DNA of 64,000 nt from Elusimicrobia bacterium GWA2_66_18 (GTDB taxonomy: Bacteria; Elusimicrobiota; Elusimicrobia; UBA1565; UBA9628), in contig MGTX01000016.1 of the NCBI GenBank assembly GCA_001799675.1, forward strand, positions 9,876 to 73,875. The letters run 5' to 3'. Below are positions 60,005 through 64,000 of this stretch, piece by piece; the stretch's first letter is position 1, and every line of letters starts with the position of its first letter. The position numbers and the translations under genes are program-made. The notes beneath the pieces were generated by a model that worked only from the letters and a program-made list of their open reading frames with translations, did not search any database and was not told the origin of the DNA.

Positions 60005-61993
60005 ATGCGCCTGATGCTGATCGAATTCTTTCGAGGAGCTCTCCGCCGCAACGAGCGGAGCATGATCTTCCCGTTCCTCAAGGGACTGGCGCGGGAGCGC
60101 GGCTTCAAGACGCTCTGGCTCTGCTACGGGGGAGACATGGCGCATCAGGACGGCGCCGCCGTGGGACGCACGCTCTTCGCCGCGCTGCCGGACGAGGACC
60201 TTCGTTCGCTCGCCCGGCGCCTGGAGCGATTTCGCCCCAGCCACGTGGTGACCAGCGACCGCATGAGCCGCGGGGCGACGGAAATCCTAGCGTCGCGCAC
60301 GCCGCCGCCTAAGCATCTCGTCATGCCGCTGACAGACGAACTGCCGGGAGGCTACGATCAGCGCGGCGACTTCGCCCATTGCGGCTGGTTTCTCGACTGG
60401 CTGGGCTGCGGTGATCCTGCGGCCTCTCGGCGCTACATCGCCGAGCATCCCGCCCCCGATTACTCCGCCGTGCTGGCCAACAAGGCTGCGCGCCGCGCTA
60501 AGCCGCAGATCACTATCGTCAGCGGGACGCTGTGCGCGTATCGGCGCACTTTGGCGGGCAACCCGTATTTCGAAGACGTAAACCTCGGCGGGGAGGCTCA
60601 TCGAGGATGTTCATTCTGCTTGTGCTCGACCATCCCCCCCGTCACGGCGCCGCAAACGCCGATTCTACCCCTCATAGAGACCCAGTTCCGAAGGATATTG
60701 CAGACCGCCGGCAAGGCCGGCCGGAACAAGGGTCGCTACGAGTTCTTCGACATCCGCGCGTTCTGGAAGTTCGACGAGCTCTTTCAGCTCCTCCTGCGCC
60801 TGAAGGTGCCTCCGTCGATATTCCTCTTCAATCCCCGCATCGACGACGTCCTTCGCCAGCGCGTCCGCATCGAGCGCGTCCTGCCGGCGCTGGCGAAAGC
60901 CGGCCATCAGGTCCGGATGCTGAGCATGGGCGTGGAAAACTTTTCCGAGAACGAAAACGCGCGCTTCAACAAGAGGATCGTCCTGGAGCAGGTGGATGAG
61001 TTCCTCGCCATGACGAAGGAATGGGAGAGCGCCTATCCCGGCGTCTTCCGGCCCTTCAAAGCGGGAAACGCCGCCGCCGAACTCGGGTTCATCCTGTTCA
61101 CCCCTTGGACGACTCTCGCCGACGTCCGCGTCAACCTGGACGCCGCGACCTCCCGAGGCTTCCCCAACTGCGGCTACTGGCTGTATTCGATCCTGCTCCT
61201 CGATTCCGCGACTCCCATATTCCACTTGGCGGAGAAGGAAGGGGACGTGCTGACAGACCGGTTCCCGGACCCCGGTCAGTTTTACGGATTGTTCAAGAAC
61301 GAAGGGCAACTCGAGGATGTGCGCCCCTGGCGCTTCAAGGACGCGAAAGTCGCGGATTATTTCGCCCTGCTTGTGCGCGTCTGCGCCGCCGAGCGTGAGG
61401 GGAAAGACTGCGCCCATTTCCGCGACGACCCTGTTTTCTCCCTGGCCGAGCGCCTCTACCGTGAGGCGAACGAACCCCCTGCCGCCGCGACCAAACCGCT
61501 GCAGATCGCATTCTCCCTGCTCGAACTGATGGAAACGGCGCGCCCGCCTTTCTGCCGCGAGACGCTTCTCCAGGAGGCCGTCGCCCGCGCGGCGGCGCTC
61601 ACGGCGGCGCGGCGCGCGGCGTCCGCGCCTCCGCCCCCGCTCTCCGTCAGGGGCAAAGCCATCGAGCGCGTCGTGGACCTGCTGCGCGCCGCCCGCCCCG
61701 GGATGTTCGCCGGCATGGAGTTCGAGTCAGTCCGGGAAGTCGTCCTGCGGGGCTCGCGCAGCATTCTTCTCACCTTATCGATGTCCGGCCGGAAGCTGGT
61801 CGTGGCTCTACGGGACGCGCGTTCCCATAAGCCGTGTTTTCTCCGGTCGCGCCGATTCCGGGCCTCTTATCTTAAGGATTCGCCCACCCCCTCGCCACGC
61901 GAGCGCCAGCAACTAGCGCAGCTCCTCCGTCTCCTCGACGCCGGCGTCAGTCGCCGAGAATCTCCTCGGGCAGGCGGCCGAACTTCGTCTTGA
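60005..61993 (+). CDS. Large radical SAM-like enzyme, stretched Cys motif family
   Basis: From MRLMLIEF; CAYR...NPYF...GCSFC, GVENFS..E..RFNK, ILFTPWTT, PWRF; similar to the 50887 gene throughout. Confidence 0.78.
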   Translation: MRLMLIEFFRGALRRNERSMIFPFLKGLARERGFKTLWLCYGGDMAHQDGAAVGRTLFAALPDEDLRSLARRLERFRPSHVVTSDRMSRGATEILASRTPPPKHLVMPLTDELPGGYDQRGDFAHCGWFLDWLGCGDPAASRRYIAEHPAPDYSAVLANKAARRAKPQITIVSGTLCAYRRTLAGNPYFEDVNLGGEAHRGCSFCLCSTIPPVTAPQTPILPLIETQFRRILQTAGKAGRNKGRYEFFDIRAFWKFDELFQLLLRLKVPPSIFLFNPRIDDVLRQRVRIERVLPALAKAGHQVRMLSMGVENFSENENARFNKRIVLEQVDEFLAMTKEWESAYPGVFRPFKAGNAAAELGFILFTPWTTLADVRVNLDAATSRGFPNCGYWLYSILLLDSATPIFHLAEKEGDVLTDRFPDPGQFYGLFKNEGQLEDVRPWRFKDAKVADYFALLVRVCAAEREGKDCAHFRDDPVFSLAERLYREANEPPAAATKPLQIAFSLLELMETARPPFCRETLLQEAVARAAALTAARRAASAPPPPLSVRGKAIERVVDLLRAARPGMFAGMEFESVREVVLRGSRSILLTLSMSGRKLVVALRDARSHKPCFLRSRRFRASYLKDSPTPSPRERQQLAQLLRLLDAGVSRRESPRAGGRTSS

Positions 61994-62061
61994 ACCAGCG
62001 CAGGCAACATTCACGAACGCATATGTTACCATGAACTCCCAATGGACATCGCCCACGGCCG

Positions 62062-64000
62062 ATGATCGCTCGCACGCCGGAAAAGTTTGTTTTTTTTCGG
62101 TAAGGGTGGGAGCGGCAAGTCGACCCTTTCGTCGAACCTGAGCGCGATTTACGCCCGCTCCGGCTTGAGCGTCTTGCATGTCGGCTGCGACCCCAAGCGC
62201 GACTCGACCGTCCTGCTCGTCGAGCGCCCCAAAGCCAGGACGATCCTGACCCCGCGGGGAGAATATCTCGGGATCGCTCCGGCATCGGAGTTCCTGATGC
62301 GCAGCCGTCTCGGGCTGGACTGCATCGAGGCCGGCGGACCTGAGCCGGGAGTCGGGTGCGCGGGCCGGGGAATCAGCAAGATGATCGAGGTCCTCCAGCG
62401 GGATCGAATCATCGAACGCGGGGGCTATGAGATCGTCGTCTTTGACGTGCTGGGAGACGTGGTCTGCGGCGGCTTCGCCGCGCCCCTGCGCCTCGGGTTC
62501 GGCGAAAAAGTCGTGATCGTCGTAAGCGAGGAGGCGATGTCGCTTTACGCCGCCAACAACATCGCGCATGCGGTCCGCAACTACGCGTCCAACGGCGTCG
62601 GACTCTGCGGTCTCCTCGCCAATCTCCGCGACCCCGCCGCCGACATCGGACTCATCGAGCGCTTCGCGCGCCGCATCGGCACCACGCTTGTTGGAGTCGT
62701 GAGCCGTGATCTCGCCTTCCGCGAAGCGGAATACCGCGAGCGCTGCCTGACGGAGATCGCGCCGCGCTCGAAAGCCCTGCGAAATCTAGAGAGGATCGCC
62801 AAGCGACTGCGGACCTCGGATCGACGCAAGCTCACGGCACCGACGCCCTTAACTGAATCCGAATTCTACGAAGCAAGCCGCCGCCGCTTCACCTTCAATG
62901 GGCGACGGCGTCCGGTCCCCGCGGTGTCCGTTGCGGCTCCGACCCCCGGCGGGACGGCCGGCCCGCCCGCAGAGCCTGCGCCTACGCGACCCGAGCGCCC
63001 GGCCGGGCCTCCAGGCACGCCAACGCCGGCGGCAGAGGAAGGCGCGGCGTCGGGCCGGCCCCCTCCCTATAGCCGCTGGATGATGTGGACGTGGGGCGTG
63101 GACGAGCAGTGGCGCCAATTCTTCGCGAACCCGGAGCTTGAACTCCTTTCGGCAAAACCGCTCTTGCGCAATGTCGCCTACGTCGTGCAGAAGGAGTTGG
63201 AGTGTTTCTTCGTCGAGGCGCGAACCGACGATGGAAGCGCGAATTTTTTCAACCACCCCTGGCCCGATCATTGCTCGGCCGGCCTGCCCCTTGCCTCCGA
63301 ACTCAGGCAGCTCGGCTGCCGCCAGATCGTATCCGACATCAAGGACGGTGAGATCATCCTCGGCGGCGCCCGAAAGCTGGAAACGGTCATGTCCGGCCTC
63401 GTCCGGGAACCGGGCGCGACCGAGTTGACGGTATTCCTCACCTCGTGCCCCGCGGTCGTCATTGGCGACGATAATGCCTCGGTCATCGAGCGCTTCCGTC
63501 TCCGGTCGGGCCTCCCCACCCTCTTCCCCGATCGCGATGCGGACCAGCACACGGACCTGCTGGGGGACCTCTTCACGCTCGCGTGCAAAAGAGGCCGACC
63601 GGCCTCTAAACCGGAGGGCCCCCGCCTCAACCTCGTCGGCTTCCCCCGGGACCGCACCCTCGTCGAGCTGACCCGGCTGCTCGGCGACCTGGGAATTACG
63701 GTCAACAGCTGCCTGCTTCCCGAGTTCGACCTCGAGAGCATCTCCCGCTATCGGGACGCCGATCTCCAGGTCGTGAGGCCTCACCGCGCCTACGAGGGGG
63801 TCCAGGCGGAGATCCTCGATAAACTCGCGATCCCGACGCTCCTCATCGAGCCCCCCTACGGGATGGGAGGCGCCCGCCGTTGGTTGAGCGAGATCGCGAA
63901 GTTTTTCGATCTCCAAAACCGCTGCGAGGAACTCTGGGCCGAGCGATGGTCGGGATCTCGGCAAAGGTGGGAGGCGCTGAGGCGTCGAGCGTGCGACCAC
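62062..64000 (+). CDS. NifH-like Fe protein fused to component-1-like type B subunit (partial; start uncertain at a T8 tract)
   Basis: Hand translation: GKGGSGKST, GCDPKRDST, EPGVGCAGRG, DVLGDVVCGGF, YAANNI, Pro-rich linker, WRQFF, QKELEC, TSCPAVVIGDD, NLVGFP, PPYG; not in ORF track because it runs off the window. Confidence 0.85.

Noticed and set aside
62849..64000. 383-aa minus-strand ORF
   Set aside because: Antisense shadow of the NifH-component-1 fusion
25000..64000. RiPP precursor peptide within the cluster
   Set aside because: Intergenic gaps are short and no His-Xaa-Ser, Cys-rich or repeat peptide ORF with SD was found

Overview
GC-rich bacterial window; an Elusimicrobiota origin is plausible but is an inference, not something I could test. 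1-25 kb: a truncated HyfB-like hydrogenase-4 membrane subunit, two back-to-back IS remnants, and a divergent corrinoid methyltransferase module (non-pyrrolysine MttB, APC permease, corrinoid protein, homocysteine methyltransferase, MetH reactivation-like protein). Also here: secreted hypotheticals, a duplicated promoter + two-hairpin element (candidate RNA motif) before two small ORFs and an ABC-F ATPase, engB, a five-gene HD-GYP/cyclase/kinase operon, a cold-shock gene, an ArfB-like factor, an RlmM-like methyltransferase and ackA. 25-64 kb holds the main result, a large nitrogenase-LIKE (not N2-fixing) cluster that runs off the right edge. It has four NifH-like domains (two fused to a catalytic subunit) and seven component-1-like domains forming at least three alpha/beta-like pairs with a reduced Cys set. 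It also has nine radical SAM enzymes in two paralog families (five canonical with an HxsC-like tail, four with a stretched Cx23-25CxxC motif), methyltransferases, TPR/Sel1 proteins and a glycosylation module. This looks like a multi-step reductive/radical pathway with an unknown product, possibly tetrapyrrole- or cofactor-like. All family assignments come from reading motifs by eye; no searches were run.
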